This document shows positions 15,026 to 27,880 of a DNA stretch of 64,000 nt, one piece after another. Within the stretch, counting starts at the first letter, position 1. Every line of letters starts with the position of its first letter. The DNA comes from Podarcis muralis (lineage: Eukaryota). The notes under the pieces were generated by a model. The model did no database searches. It saw nothing but the letters and a program-made list of their open reading frames with translations, and was not told the origin of the DNA. Position numbers and translations under genes: made by a program. The stretch covers positions 78,120,001-78,184,000 of the forward strand of contig NC_135663.1 in assembly GCF_964188315.1 (NCBI RefSeq), written 5' to 3'.

Positions 15026-16041
15026 GGTCTAGTAGTAGTTATAGTTTAAGTCAGATGTATGCAAAGGGTTGCTGTCTTTTAATGTGAACAATTATAGGCT
15101 CTGTTTTGTGGGATTCCAGACCATCTCCATCAGCAACTCTTGCTGTATCAGGGGAGAAGTGATACAGTGAGGTCTCCCCCAACCTCCATCTTATCCTCCC
15201 CTCCTAAAACCACCACAGGCTTATTTTTCTCTTCCCTCACTGTCTGTTCCTTTTTGTATTGCATTGAGTTACTTGTAAGCCGTTGTTTTAAACTGTGAGT
15301 TGCCTTGAGTGCATTGACACAAAGACAACACATACTGTAAATGTAGTAAGTAATTCAAAAGGTAGTCCAGCTACCAAGACTCAAGGGGTATATTTTGACC
15401 ATGAATGTCAAGACTAGTGACCCTGACAAAACTCGTAAAGTGACTTATTTTGAGTTCTATCTTTCACTAGATAGAACTCACTGGACAGAAATCGTAATTC
15501 TCAAACTTATAACAAACCATGACTTTTATCCTTTAAAAATAATAATCATAATTCAAACCAAAATTAATTATGAGTTACTTGATATTAACTTGCACCTTAG
15601 TCATGGTTCACCTGACTAAGCAACCAAATTCCTTCACCTTTGTGCATGCTCAGATAATTATTGTTGTCACCCTTTAGTTTCCAAAGGAAATGAATAATAT
15701 CTATTCACAATATGCATGTGTGTAATGATTTTACTTTAACCCTTCAATTGCTCATTGAAAAAAAAACCTTTTGGTGTGCAAGTCAATGGAGCATCAAGCT
15801 TCTGTATGCATTTGAGCACTAACTATATTTGGGCTGGGAGGGGGCAATTTGTATTTTGAAGGGGGCACTTGCTATCTAATTCCATTCTAGGATTTCTGAG
15901 AGCATTTCAGTCTATTTAAACTGGAAATGAAAGGAATGACAGAAGGTCAGAGGAATTTTTTCAGTCATCATGTGATGAAGGTTTCAAATGAACAGCTTGG
16001 CAATAAAAACATGATTGACATGCTGATCTACATCTACCCTA

Positions 16042-16885
16042 AGAATCATAGAACCATATAATTATAGAGTTGGAAGAGACCCCAAGGGTTATCTAGTCCA
16101 GCCCCCTGCAACGCAGGAATCTCACCACCTCCCAAGGCAGTCCGTTCCACTGTTGAACAGCTCTTACTGTCAGAAAGTTCTTCCTAATGTTTAGTCGGAA
16201 TCTCATTTCTTGCAACTTGTAGCCATTGATTCAGATCCTACCCCCAGAGCAGAAGAAAACAAGCTTTCTCCATCTTCCATGTGGCAGCCCTTGAGATATT
16301 TGAAGATGGCTATCATATCTCCTCTCAGTCTCCCTTTCTCCAGGCTCCCTCAACCATTCCTCAAAAGGGTTGGTTTCCAGACCCTGGATCATCTTGGTTA
16401 CCCTCCTCTGCACATATTCTAGCACAGGGGTCAGCAAACCTTTTCAGGAGGGGGTTGGTCCACTGTACCTCAGATGTTGTGGGGGGCCGGACTATATTTT
16501 TTTTTTGAGGGGGGGAGAACGAATTCCTATGCCCCACAAATAACCCAGAGATGCATTTTAAATAAAAGGACACATTCTACTCATGTAAAAACACACTCAT
16601 TCCCAGACCGTATATGGGCCAGATTTAGAAGGCGATTGGGCTGGATCCGGCCCCGGGCCTTAGTTTGCCTACCCATGTTCTAGCAGGTAAACAAATCCTT
16701 CTTAAATTGTGGTGCCCAGAACTGGACACAGTATTCCAAGTGGTGTCTGACTTTTACTTCCCTTGACCTGTACACTAGACTTCTGTTGATGCAGCCTTGA
16801 ATAGCATTAGCTTTTTTGCTGTTGCATCGCACTGTTGACTCATGTTAAGCATGTGGTCTACTAAGACACCTAGATCCTTTTAGAC
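16042..16885 (-). mobile_element. CR1 LINE 3' fragment (interrupted by a MITE)
   Basis: Minus ORF LEYVQRRVTKMIQGLETNPFEEWLRE…; agaatcatagaa tail. Confidence 0.85.
16425..16677. mobile_element. hAT-type MITE nested in CR1
   Basis: TIR caggggtcagcaaac / gtttgcctacccatg with a perfect 8-bp TSD ttctagca. Confidence 0.9.
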
Positions 16886-17494
16886 CCCTAGTACTCTTCT
16901 ATTATAAATTATTTTAAAGATGCAAAGTTTTTCATTGAAAGATACTGCTATTTTCCACCACAATCTCTATGCAGTGACAGACTCCAGTTGTTCCAAGTGC
17001 TTTTTCCAGGGTTCAGTTTCCTGAGAATGAAGGTCAGTGGTGGTGTGTTTAGGATATGTGGTTTCATTTACACATATATACAACCTGAGCATAAGATGGG
17101 TTAGCAGTATTAACACCCCAACAGATCTTGCTCCTCCACTAGTCACAACTTAAGATCCGGCACAGATCATGCACATCTCTGTCTCTCCAGCTTCCATCTC
17201 TCACACACAACTCTGGCTGTTGTTCACCTATGTAGCAGCCAGTTTGGGTGGGGCGGAGGAGAAAAGCCTACCTCGCCAAAGGAACTAGTTTGTCAAGCTT
17301 CCCCTTACATCCCCTTAGGATTGCAGGCCTGGAAGGCAAACCAGGGTTTCATCCAGACTGACCCCACCCCAAACTCTAAACAATACAATTAGACTGTTTT
17401 TGGTTTTTTGCATTTCTTTTCTCTCATCACTCCTTGTGTTGCTTTCTCCACACTAGGTACATATACAACTAACAACAGAAGATAACAGCTACAG

Positions 17495-17585
17495 CGAAGT
17501 GGGCTGTAGTCTATTAAAACATATGGCACAATATACTTGCTAGTCTTTAAGGTGCCAAAGACTCTATGTTGCTTATACTGCCTAA
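17495..17585 (+). mobile_element. Possible Penelope-like element terminal fragment
   Basis: gtgggctgtagtc…ttgctagtctttaaggtgcca resembles reptile Penelope termini as recalled; not verified. Confidence 0.45.
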
Positions 17586-17910
17586 CATAGTCGGCCCTCT
17601 GGCTATGTTATATAAAGCATTATTTTCAGATAGGAGGAGGTGGCTTGGGACCTTGGGTTGGTGGGATGTGCTGTCAAACAGTATTCCCTGTGAAAACATT
17701 GCCAAGTGCTGGGTGAGTATATCAAATAATGCTTCCAGCTGGGTTATAGGGGAGCATGGAATACCCAACGAGTTTGAGAGAAATTTGAGAAACTACAGGA
17801 GTGTTCCCTTGCTTTGCCAGGGTCCCCAACAGCATGGAAGGCTCTTCTTGAGTTCAAGTGAATGCATGTACAGGGCAGCCCTGCTTTTGCCCAGTCCAGG
17901 TGAACATTAG

Positions 17911-18219
<309 letters not shown>

Positions 18220-18304
18220 TTTCTTTTGCAGTGCTCCTGAAAATACAATATTTATCTATTTTACAGAAATTACATATCCTAGGATTGCCTCTTCCTTCCA
18301 GGTA

Positions 18305-18392
18305 AATAAAAAATTGTAATGTAATTATGAAGAGTTTAATAAGTGTAGGAGGTGAGCCATCTAGACAACTAGGTGTTTCTTAATGAAATAAA
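18305..18392 (+). terminator. Candidate MSANTD1 polyadenylation signals
   Basis: AATAAA at 18305 and 18387, downstream of the stop codon. Confidence 0.45.
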
Positions 18393-19176
18393 ATGTGGTC
18401 TTGCTTTGTGAATTTTTTTTGTAGATTCTAGACAGTTTATTCGAATTGGGATGCTTAGTTTAGGGCAGCCAACTATTTTCTGTTCAAGGACCCTGGAAAT
18501 GACAGCACACCGTTATGTTGCTTCACTCCCAGGGGCAGATGCAGTCCTCTTCTCAAAGCACACGGCAGCTTTGAAAAAATGAGGGATCAAAGGTCCTTAG
18601 ACCACTTTGTCTAAAGTGCAAGGAAAGACTCAAAAGTCATTTGATTTTCTTTGCCTCACTCTCTGCGGTGGCGGAGAGGAGAAATCACCTGGTGTGGAAA
18701 CAGTTGTACTTACATTGTTGGGAGACTAATCAAAATGCAATTTCATGATACATATTTCGAGAGGAAGCGTATTTAAATGTAGCTTTTCATGTCTATTTTT
18801 TAAAAACCTAAGAATACTGCAGAAACACGATAGGATGCATTTATGAGTGAACAGTTCCTCTGCCCCCAACAAAGGAGAGGAAGAGGGGTTGGCGCAAAAA
18901 ATCGCCCCTGAAATCAGTCTCCCGTTATCTGTGTACGGTCATGAGCTTCGACAACAGCTGGAGCTGAGCAGTAGGAGAAGTGGCAAGGCAGCTGGAGACA
19001 GTGTGACGCTGGAGTGTATGACGGCACGACGCTGCTATCGCAACAGAATCAAACACGGGAGAAGCTTCCCATCCTCACACTGCAGCACATCGTTGTGTGA
19101 ATTTTTTCACCCTTCCTCGCCAGCTTTCCCTCTTTCCAGACACACCAAGTACTTGGGTCACTATTGCAGTAAAGTA

Positions 19177-19435
19177 CCGTATTTTTTGCTTTATAAGACT
19201 CACTTTTCCCCCCTAAAAAGTAAGGGGAAATGTGTGTGCGTCTTATGGAGCGAATGCAGACTGCGCAGCTATCCTAGAAGCCAGAACAGCAAGAGGGATT
19301 GCTGCTTTCGCTGCACAGCGATCCCTCTTAGTGTTCTGGCTTCTGGGATTCAGAATATTTCCCCCCCTTGTTTTCCTCCTCCAGAAACTAGGTGCGTCTT
19401 ATGGTCTGGTGCATCTTATAGAGTGAAAAATACGG
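19177..19435. mobile_element. Tc1/mariner (Tigger-like) MITE
   Basis: ta|ccgtatttttt…aaaaatacgg|ta, with internal gcgtcttat repeats. Confidence 0.85.
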
Positions 19436-20199
19436 TAATGCCCCCCCACCCCACCCCCACTGCCAATACAGCTCTTTGCGAAAGGGACCTCTAGGTACGC
19501 CTCTGGTCACCAAACAGTACCAGTTGTGTGGTCGGCTGCAAGGAGGTTTGGGATTTAAACCAAAAGAGGATAGCCAGTATGCCCTTGAATCCCTGTTGCT
19601 TGCAGGCTTCCTAGAGGCATCTAGTTGGCTCTTGTGAGAACAGGAAGCTTGACTAGATGGGCCTTTGGCCTGATCCTGCACACTTTCCCCACATTCAGGG
19701 TGTGTAAGAACTCCAGACCTTTAGTTTACATTGGCTGTCAAGAGATGCAGAAGAGCCAACCATGCACAATATGGGGGGAAATAATTAAACCCTGGCTGTA
19801 TGCAGTTTTAAATTTAATAAAATGCTGGTGGCTCGGTCTGTTTAGGTTCTCCTCCGACTGCTGTCCTGTTAGACTGGGAGAGCTTGAAAGATTTGTAGCT
19901 CCATTTCTCCCCTTGCATTTATCTGCTATTTCAGGTACAAGAGCCTCTATTTTGTTCCCTGCTAGATAGAAAAGGTCAGGGGGTAACATTTGGCTGACCT
20001 GGAGAGGCTGAGAGAAGCAGAGGGGTTGGTGGTCAAGGCCTTCAGGGATGTGGTAGCTGTGTCCCATTGCAAGGAGGAGATCTCCCTTGAAGTCATGGGG
20101 AGGGGGGTGGGGGAAGGAGGGCATCACTGAGGAAGAGGGAGATAAGCAGTTATCCTCGTGCGCCAGTGAAAACACTCGATCCTGGCAGTGGTTGTTTTC

Positions 20200-20530
20200 A
20201 CATAGTATATGTTCATGGGGTCTGAACTTGCAGTGACTGACCAGGAATGTGACCTTGGGGGCACAGTGGATCGCTCAGTGAAGATGCTAAGGATCATTAG
20301 GAGTGGGATTAAAAACAAAACTGCCAACAATATGATGCTGTTATGCAAATCTATGGTGTAGAGTTTTGGTTGTCTCACGTTAAGAAAAGGATATTGTAGA
20401 GTTGGAACGGGTTCGAAAAGGGCAGCCAAAATGAACAGAGGGGTGGCTCATGGGATTTTTTTACTCAAAAGGCCAGTAAGAGGAGGTATGATAGAGGTAT
20501 ATAAGTTATGCCTAGCGTGTAGGAAGTGGA
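20200..20530 (+). mobile_element. Old CR1 (L3-like) ORF2 fragment
   Basis: Degenerate RDLG…GIKNKTANNMMLLCKSMV…KDIVELERVRKRAAKM. Confidence 0.65.
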
Positions 20531-21467
20531 GAGAGATTTTTTCTTGTTCTGTCTCCCATAATTGACTAGATTCAGGACCCTTCAGGAAGGGTAAAGAAAC
20601 CATTGTTCTTTCCCGTCACCCTTGAACTATTCCTCTACTGTGCTATGGCTGCCAACCCCGAACATGAGTGTTTTAATTGCTGTATGGGAAAAAGTGGGGC
20701 CTCTTTTTTTTAACCTCATGACAGGTACCCTCTGCTTCAGAATACTTATGGTAGTATTAAATGTTAATCTTCCAATCTCTTCCAATCTCTTCATTCTGTG
20801 CCTCATCTGCTGGCAACTACAGACTTAACTGCTGGTCTCATACAGTCTGCCCAACTGAAATCCAAATTTTAGCTTACCTGTGGTTGGGCAGCAGTACCCC
20901 CCCATAAAAAACCCCACCAGTAGCAGTAAAGAGTAGTTTTTGTACATGACGAAAACCATGAAAGTCCCTCTCTAGACAATGGGTGTGTGCGTTACTCTAA
21001 TATTCCTTATCTCCATAGTTTCGGCTGCTATCGATATTCCTGCTATCAATATTTATGATGTATTCCTTGTTCATGACCTGTGCAAGCACTTGCATGCAGC
21101 TAAGCCTTAGAGTGTGGGCAGTGCTAGGCTTCTGCACTAGTTAAATGTTAGATCACATGCTCAAAGGAGTAGACTTCATGCTTCCCTGTTCAATTTGTTG
21201 AAGCCACAATTGCAGTAAAGCAAATAATTCTCTCTTGCAAGTGTTTTCCAGAATGCCAAGTGAGGCATACTTCCTGCACTGAAGGAACTCTCTCTCCATA
21301 AGAGAGAGGGGGAGTCCTTTTAAAACAGGGGGTTGTGTTAAAGCAAGGTAAGTACTCTGCGAATGTTTTGCTCTATTGATACCTATCCTGTTTCTCTGCT
21401 TCCAAATAGGGCAGTAAAATGGAGAGGACCATGTCAGTTCAGCTCTAGTGTTAACCACAGCATAGTT

Positions 21468-21669
21468 CAGGCATGTCCAAAGTCTAATCTGGCCCGCCGG
21501 TCAATTTAATCCAGCCCCCATGGCAGTATATGTCCTGGGGTAAAATTGTAGAAAAAGCTCAGCAACTTCAATCCTAAAAAACTAAAAAAAGCTCAAGAAC
21601 TTTGGTTGGCCCTCACGCATGTTCACTTCATCAAATATGGCCTCTTTGAAAAAAGTTTGGGGGCCCCTG
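21468..21669. mobile_element. hAT-type MITE
   Basis: caggcatgtccaaa…tttgggggcccctg with a perfect 8-bp TSD gcatagtt. Confidence 0.88.
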
Positions 21670-21896
21670 GCATAGTTACTGGTGACCATAATGACTTTGT
21701 ACCACCCCTATGGTGCAGTGCCTGATCCTGACCACTCTCACACTCTGATTACAAAACAAACAAGCAAATCCCCAAATTTCAGGTTTTACACAATTGGCTG
21801 CAAGGTGTACGTTTCAATTAGATTGTTAGTTTTTAGTTGAATCCTCACCTATGTGAAAATATATGTGTATATCCTGTATATACGCACATATAAAAG

Positions 21897-21902
21897 TTTA
21901 TT
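21897..21902 (-). terminator. Candidate HGFAC polyadenylation signal
   Basis: tttatt (AATAAA on the minus strand) about 240 nt after the stop. Confidence 0.55.
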
Positions 21903-22142
21903 GTCCTTTCTTTTAGAATAATGCACATTTTTTTGTGGGGTAACGCTTTGGGACCTTTTAAGCTGACAGCTTAGGGCTTCATCATCCTTTTGTCCAGCCC
22001 TGAAACAAGTCCATTATTGTGAAGTACGGTAGACAGAAAGACTTGGCAGAAACAGGTGGAACAGGGTGCCTTTTAATGACAACAGTTAGCATTATAATCA
22101 ATGACGGTGGCAATCCATAATTTCAGCAAAATGTGAAATGCT

Positions 22143-22334
22143 TCATCTAGGTAAGGAACTACGGCTGCTCTTTTGGAGCCGGTTTATCTTCTCATTTATC
22201 CAGTCCACATATTTGGTCACTCTTGTATAAACACCAGGCTTCCTAGCTTTGCCACATCCATCACCCCAGCTGATAATGCCATACAGGTAAGATACGCCAT
22301 CCTTTTCACAGGCCAGGGGGCCGCCAGAATCTCC
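22143..22334 (-). CDS. HGFAC: Hepatocyte growth factor activator, exon 11 (terminal; catalytic Ser)
   Basis: aaacag|[63 protein letters not shown]. Confidence 0.95.
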   Translation of the reverse strand, partial: GDSGGPLACEKDGVSYLYGIISWGDGCGKARKPGVYTRVTKYVDWINEKINRLQKSSRSSLPR

Positions 22335-23618
22335 CTGTTTCAAAGATAAATTTAAGGACAAAAGTATTTCGCTATGGTTTCCATTATTTGGAAAGATTGG
22401 CTCATTTTATTTATCATAGGTTTTGCAAATGACAATCTCTGTGTCTTTTTGCTTGTTGTAAGCTCAATAACATTGCAAAAGGAGACTAGCTATACGGCTG
22501 CAAATAAAACATTTTAAGTGTGTTTTAAGCTCAATATACAATGTGACACTAGATGGCAATGGTGAGCCTTATGGAAAATTCAATGTATTTTTAAACCTTT
22601 TTTTTAAAAGCAGTTTCAAAGCGGTTTTTATATGCGTCTAGATTCTACCTTGAACACAAGCTGTGTAATAAATTGGAAAAATGTAAATAAGAAAATGGGG
22701 ACCAAGCATGCTCATATTCCTTGCCAGTGTCATAAATTGCGAACAGTGCAGGACACTTATAGGCCTTTCAAAACAACTGCCAGATAGTTTGGGCCAAATA
22801 ATTAATGCTCATATGGTTGAATATTTGGGTATTTGGGCCTTTCGGTGCTCACCATTTATAGTGGAATAGTTGCTGGAGGCAGGGGCAGTTGGCATCTTGC
22901 CACACAACATTGGCATCCTTCAGCTAGTAGTGATGCACTAACAAACCCTCCCTTTTTTATACTACAAAACCCCCAACTTCTATGCAAGATCTGGAGTGGA
23001 TCCTCAATGCTTTCAGTTGTGGGGCATGTGACAAGGGTCAGCCTCAGAAAACTGCAGGACAATAAATTGTTCAGCTCTAACTAAAAACTCCAGGAGGCAA
23101 TGAAGTGGAATGAGAGGCAAGACTCCAGGCATCAAAGAATGCCTCCCTTCAGCTCTTCAGCTCCAAACCTGAGGTGCGGCCCTACATGTAGAACTGACAT
23201 ATTTCACTTCAGTTCCTTCTTCACAAAAGGAATATCCTCTGGGAACTGGACGTTTTTACACCCATTTGCACCCATTGATGGCCCTGCCCATGCATTTTAA
23301 AAAAGTAAATGGTGGAGTTGATGGAACTCATAATAGCACTTAAAATGTAGAATTCTCCAATCTCCAGAGGAGTCAAGTCTATATCTATATATCACACTCA
23401 CTCTCTATCATTCTGGATTAGTGCAAGAGCACATACCTGGTTAGGAGTGGTGAGTTCAGATTTTTTAAATGGAGATCTCAATCTCATCTCCATAGTCTAC
23501 ATTTCAAAAGGGATTTATCTCCCATTAAGCAGAGGTGACCGCTCCACTAGGCCACTCCACCACCCCTTTAAGAAGAGAACTTACACCAAACCCAGTATTT
23601 TTTGCATTCCCTAAGGAA

Positions 23619-23961
23619 GGGACGCGGGTGGCGCTGTGGGTTAAACCACAGAGCCTAGGACTTGCTGATCAGAAGGTCAGTGGTTCGAATCCCCGCGACG
23701 GGGTGAGCTCCCGTTGCTCGGTCCCAGCTTCTGCCAACCTAGCAGTTCAAAAGCACATCAAAGTGCAAGTAGATAAATAGGTACCACTCCGGTGGGAAGG
23801 TAAACGGCGTTTCTGTGTGCTGCTCTGGTTCGCCAGAAGCGGCTTAGTCATGCTGGCCACATGACCCGGAAGCTGTACGCCGGCTCCCTCGGCCAGTAAA
23901 GCAAGATGAGCACCGCAACCCCAGAGTTGGTCATGACTGGACCTAATGGTCCTTTACCTTT
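23619..23961 (+). mobile_element. Full-length Sauria SINE
   Basis: tRNA-derived head gggacgcgggtggcgctgtgg with B box ggttcgaatcc, cctttacctt tail and TSD taaggaag. Confidence 0.92.
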
Positions 23962-24121
23962 TAAGGAAGGGGGAGGAAAGATGTCCTACACGGCCCCCCC
24001 AAAAACCCCCAAAAACAAAGTGTGAGTAAAACAGAAATGCCAAGAGGGATTCCTTGGACTCTCACATTCACATTCACACTCTCGTACAAATTTAATTCAG
24101 GCAGAAACTCAATAATATTAC

Positions 24122-24270
24122 CTGGCAGGCGTCTGATTTACCATCAAGGTGACCAGCACAGAACATATTTTCACTAATGTCAGCTCCATAAACATCATAG
24201 TTTTGACATTTGTAATCAGGGATGATCGGAACTGATGTTTCTTGCAATACTTTAGAGTAGCTGGATGAAT
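24122..24270 (-). CDS. HGFAC: HGFAC exon 10 (protease domain)
   Basis: ctacag|(N)SSSYSKVLQETSVPIIPDYKCQNYDVYGADISENMFCAGHLDGKSDACQ|gtaata. The S1 Asp is retained. Confidence 0.93.
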
Positions 24271-24610
24271 CTGTAGAAATAAATTGTATAGAATTGTGTT
24301 AGAATTAATTCTAACTAGAGCAGAGTAGATTAACATGAAGTGTTTAAAGTGCTTTGCCAAGCACTGCACTGTGCTAGAATTCTGCGGCAAAAGTCAAAGG
24401 TATTTCAGCAAAACAGAGCTAAATCATGCTGTCAATAAAACAATTAATGGGTGATATGTGTTCTTGAATTGGCCAAAGAAGTGATTCAGTTGACAAATCA
24501 TCTGCATGAAGACTAAAGTGATCATAGTTCCAAGTCTTGCCTAGTTAGAACATCTGGTTATGTCTCTGGTCAGTATCAGTAGCACACATAAAAGCAATAT
24601 TCTAACTTAC

Positions 24611-24751
24611 TTTCATGCAAGTGTCCCCATCCTGCAATTTGGCATTTCTGGTTATCTGGAAAGGACATTCCCTTTTCCGGCAGGCAGATTGGTCGAACAA
24701 ACTGGGACTTCACTGCGCAGCGTTGATTCACCTTCTTCAACTTAACTAAAA
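24611..24751 (-). CDS. HGFAC: HGFAC exon 9 (protease domain)
   Basis: ttgcag|(V)LVKLKKVNQRCAVKSQFVRPICLPEKGMSFPDNQKCQIAGWGHLHE|gtaagt. Confidence 0.93.
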
Positions 24752-25180
24752 CTGCAAGAGAAAATAACTTTTTAAAAAAAGATCACAGAAAGTGACTGTG
24801 GACTGGTTCACTTGATTTTGAAATCATCAAGCAATGACCACATGCGGATGACCCAGCCCTGCGAGTGAAGAGCTGAGATTTCAGGTACTACTTTTTTTGG
24901 CCTCTCACCTTTGTTCAAAAAAGCACTTTGCCACTAGGAATGGGTGGAATCATAAAGTTCTGGTTTTTATCAAAAGCTTTCTGCAGCAAGGAGAGCACAT
25001 CTATTCTGATCTGCCCAAACTTTAGAGTGGATTGCCCTATTGAGGACGACGCCAGGCACAGGGAGCCAGAGCTACACTTCCGGTGTCTGACGGGTGGAAG
25101 ATATGGCAATATCACTGCCCACTTGGCTACACCTCAATCCACACACTTAAAACTAAACCAGAAAGAGGAAAAAGGCTCAC

Positions 25181-25320
25181 CTATATCATTTTCAGTTGGG
25201 TTGTATACTGTGAAGTCAGGGTGCATGAAGTACTTCTCCACATCAAATTCTTGAGTAACAGCTGTTGTCATATTAAAAAAATGTTGTCCCAAAACAATTC
25301 GAATTGTTGATCTCAGCGGA
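25181..25320 (-). CDS. HGFAC: HGFAC exon 8 (catalytic Asp)
   Basis: cttcag|(S)PLRSTIRIVLGQHFFNMTTAVTQEFDVEKYFMHPDFTVYNPTENDI|gtgagc. Confidence 0.93.
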
Positions 25321-26049
25321 CTGAAGAGGAAAGAAAATGATGAAGAGAATGATGGTATTAAGCTACATGATGCATTTTAAATATTTTATTCTTATTTATC
25401 TGTATATTTGAATGATTTTGTTATGACCTTAACAAATACACTTCCTTCCTTCCTATAGGTAAGGAACAGAATATTATAGTATTATAATATTTAAATTTGC
25501 TGATCCAGCAAATAACATTTTGATTGGGGTGTCAGGGTGCCAATGTAACGTTGTGAGTTGCAGTCGTGATGCTATAAGCCAACTGAAACTTAGGCAGTAG
25601 CCCAGCAGCAGCAGAAGGAATAGCAGAAATGGCCATGACAGCCACGCTCGCCAAATGAAGAGTAACATTTGGTAACACAAGAAACTTGCTTCCAAAAAAC
25701 ATTTTGTTGTAAGGAAAATGAAGGGGGAAATTCAGAATAGCAACTGCTTAACAGAATGTTGTATCACCTCCCCACAAACAAACTGGGAGGAATGCTCAGT
25801 AAATGGGTTACCTGGAAGTAACCTTGGTTTGACATAACCTTTGCTTCCATCCTGTGGATTTAGTTCTGCCATTGGGCTGCTGAACTAGTGAGGATGTGCT
25901 GCACTGATTCCTTCTGATTCATGTGGATGCAAATGAGATTGCCAGCCACAGTCTTTAACTTATAGCAAGGGACCGTAAGACTCTGGGCAGGAAGCTGAAG
26001 CGCCTTGGGGCACAGGTGCCTTTTTCACCACTGCTTCCTGTTGAAGGAT

Positions 26050-27880
26050 GTGACCCAGGAAGAGAGAAGAAAATCCTAGAAGTAAGTCACTGACTGTGCA
26101 GTTGGTGTTGTCAATAAGGATTTGGCTTCTTGGACCATGGTCTCCGCTTCCTTGAGGAGGGGCTTTTGGCAAGAGATGGGTTGCACCTCACCGTGGAAGC
26201 CAACAGTTGCAAGAAAGGTTTCTTTGGCTATGTCTGAATCAACAGGAAGAACAAGCAAGTAGTACTTCTTCTGCATGGAGAAGACAGAGACATGCTATAG
26301 GATGACAAAGAGAATGTGGAACTGCTCAACACCTCCTTTGCCTCTGTCTTAACCCAAAAGAAAGCAGTGCTCAACAGAATACACGTTGCAAGGAGGGAGC
26401 TGCATCCCCAGATAGGAAAAGAACACCTAGCTACTTGAAATGTAGACCTCTCCAGGGCATGGCGCACTACATTCAGGGGTACTAAAGGAGCTTGCAGATG
26501 TAATCTAAGAATTTCTGTCTATAATCTTTAAGAAATATTGGCGAAATATTGCCTGCAGAGTGGCAGCAGGCAAATGTTGTCCCCAACTTCAAAAAGAGGA
26601 AAAAAGAAGACCCAGGTAAATAAATACCAACCAGTCAGCTTGACACTGATTCCAGAAAAGGTCCTGGAACAGATAATTAAATGGTCAGTCTGTGGGCACT
26701 TAGAAAAGGATGCTGTGATTACTAAGAAACAATCTCATTTCTTTTTTTGATAGAGTTACAGGATTGGTGGATCAGGGCAATGGTGTAGACATAGCATTTC
26801 TTGATTTCAAGTCCCCCATGATATTCTGGTGGAGAAGCTGGTGAAATGTGGGCCGGATGAGGCAACTGTTAGGTGGATTTGTAGCTGGTTGACTGGCCAA
26901 ACCCAAAGAGTGTTCACTAATGGTTCCTCAACATATTGGGAAAAAGTGACAGGTGGGGTGCTGCAGGGTTTTGTCCTGGGCCCATTGTTGTTCAATGTCT
27001 TCGTAAAGACTTGGATGAAGGACTTGAGGTGATGCTCATCAATTGGATGCTGATGATCCTCTGGGTCCCTTCCAATTCTACAATTCTATGACACCAAACT
27101 GGGAGAGACAGCTAATGCTGCAGAAGACACAATGGGGATTCAATATGACCTTGACAGATTGGAGAACGAGGCATGAAAAACCAGCTGCACAAATATAAGA
27201 TGGGGGGCAGCTGGCTTGCCAGTAGTACATGTGAAAAGTGTCTAGGGATCTTAGCAGGCTGCAAGCTTAACATGAGTCAACAATGTGATGCAGCAGCAAA
27301 AAGGCTAATTCTATACTAGGCTGCATCAACAGAAGTATAGAATCCAGGGAAGTAATAGTCCAGCTCTATTCTGCCTTGGTCAGACCACACCTGTGTCCAG
27401 TTCTGGGCACCACAATTTAAGAAGGATATTGACAAGCAAGATTATATGCAGAGTAGGGTGACCATGAAGAAAAAGGGTCTGGAAACCAAGGCTTATGAGG
27501 AGTGGTTGAGGGAGTTGGGTACGTTTAGTCTGGGAAAGAGGAGACGAAGAGGAGATATCTGAGCCATTTTCAGATGCCTCAAGGGCTGTCACATGAAAGA
27601 TGGAGCAAGCTTGTTTTCTTCTGCTCCAAATGGTAGGATCCAAGCCAATGGTTTCACGTTACAAGAAAGGAGACGCCGATTAAACATCAGAAAGAACTTT
27701 CTGATGGTAAGAGCTCTTCGACAGTGGAACAGACTTTGTCAGACGGTGGTGGACTCTCCTTTAAGCAGAGGTTGGATGACCATCTGCCATGAATGCTTTA
27801 GCGGAGGTTCCTGCATTGTAGGGCGTTGGACTACATGACCTTTGGGCTCCCTTCCAACTTTACAATTCTGTGATTCTAGA
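26050..27880 (+). mobile_element. Internally deleted CR1 LINE (ORF1 esterase remnant plus ORF2 RT/3' end)
   Basis: WCCQ*GFGFLDHGLRFLEEGLLARDGLHLT at ~26104-26195. Then ELLNTSFASV, YQPVSLTLIPEKVLEQII and GVLQGFVLGPLLFNVF, ending in a ttacaattctgtgattct tail. Confidence 0.88.

Noticed and set aside
18847-19494. 215-aa ORF on the + strand
   Set aside because: It runs through a Tigger-like MITE (19177-19435), starts at a non-ATG codon and has no recognisable domain. It is a chance ORF.
23619-23700. tRNA-like A/B boxes (ggttcgaatcc), also at 42615, 54615 and 55647
   Set aside because: These are heads of tRNA-derived Sauria SINEs, not tRNA genes.
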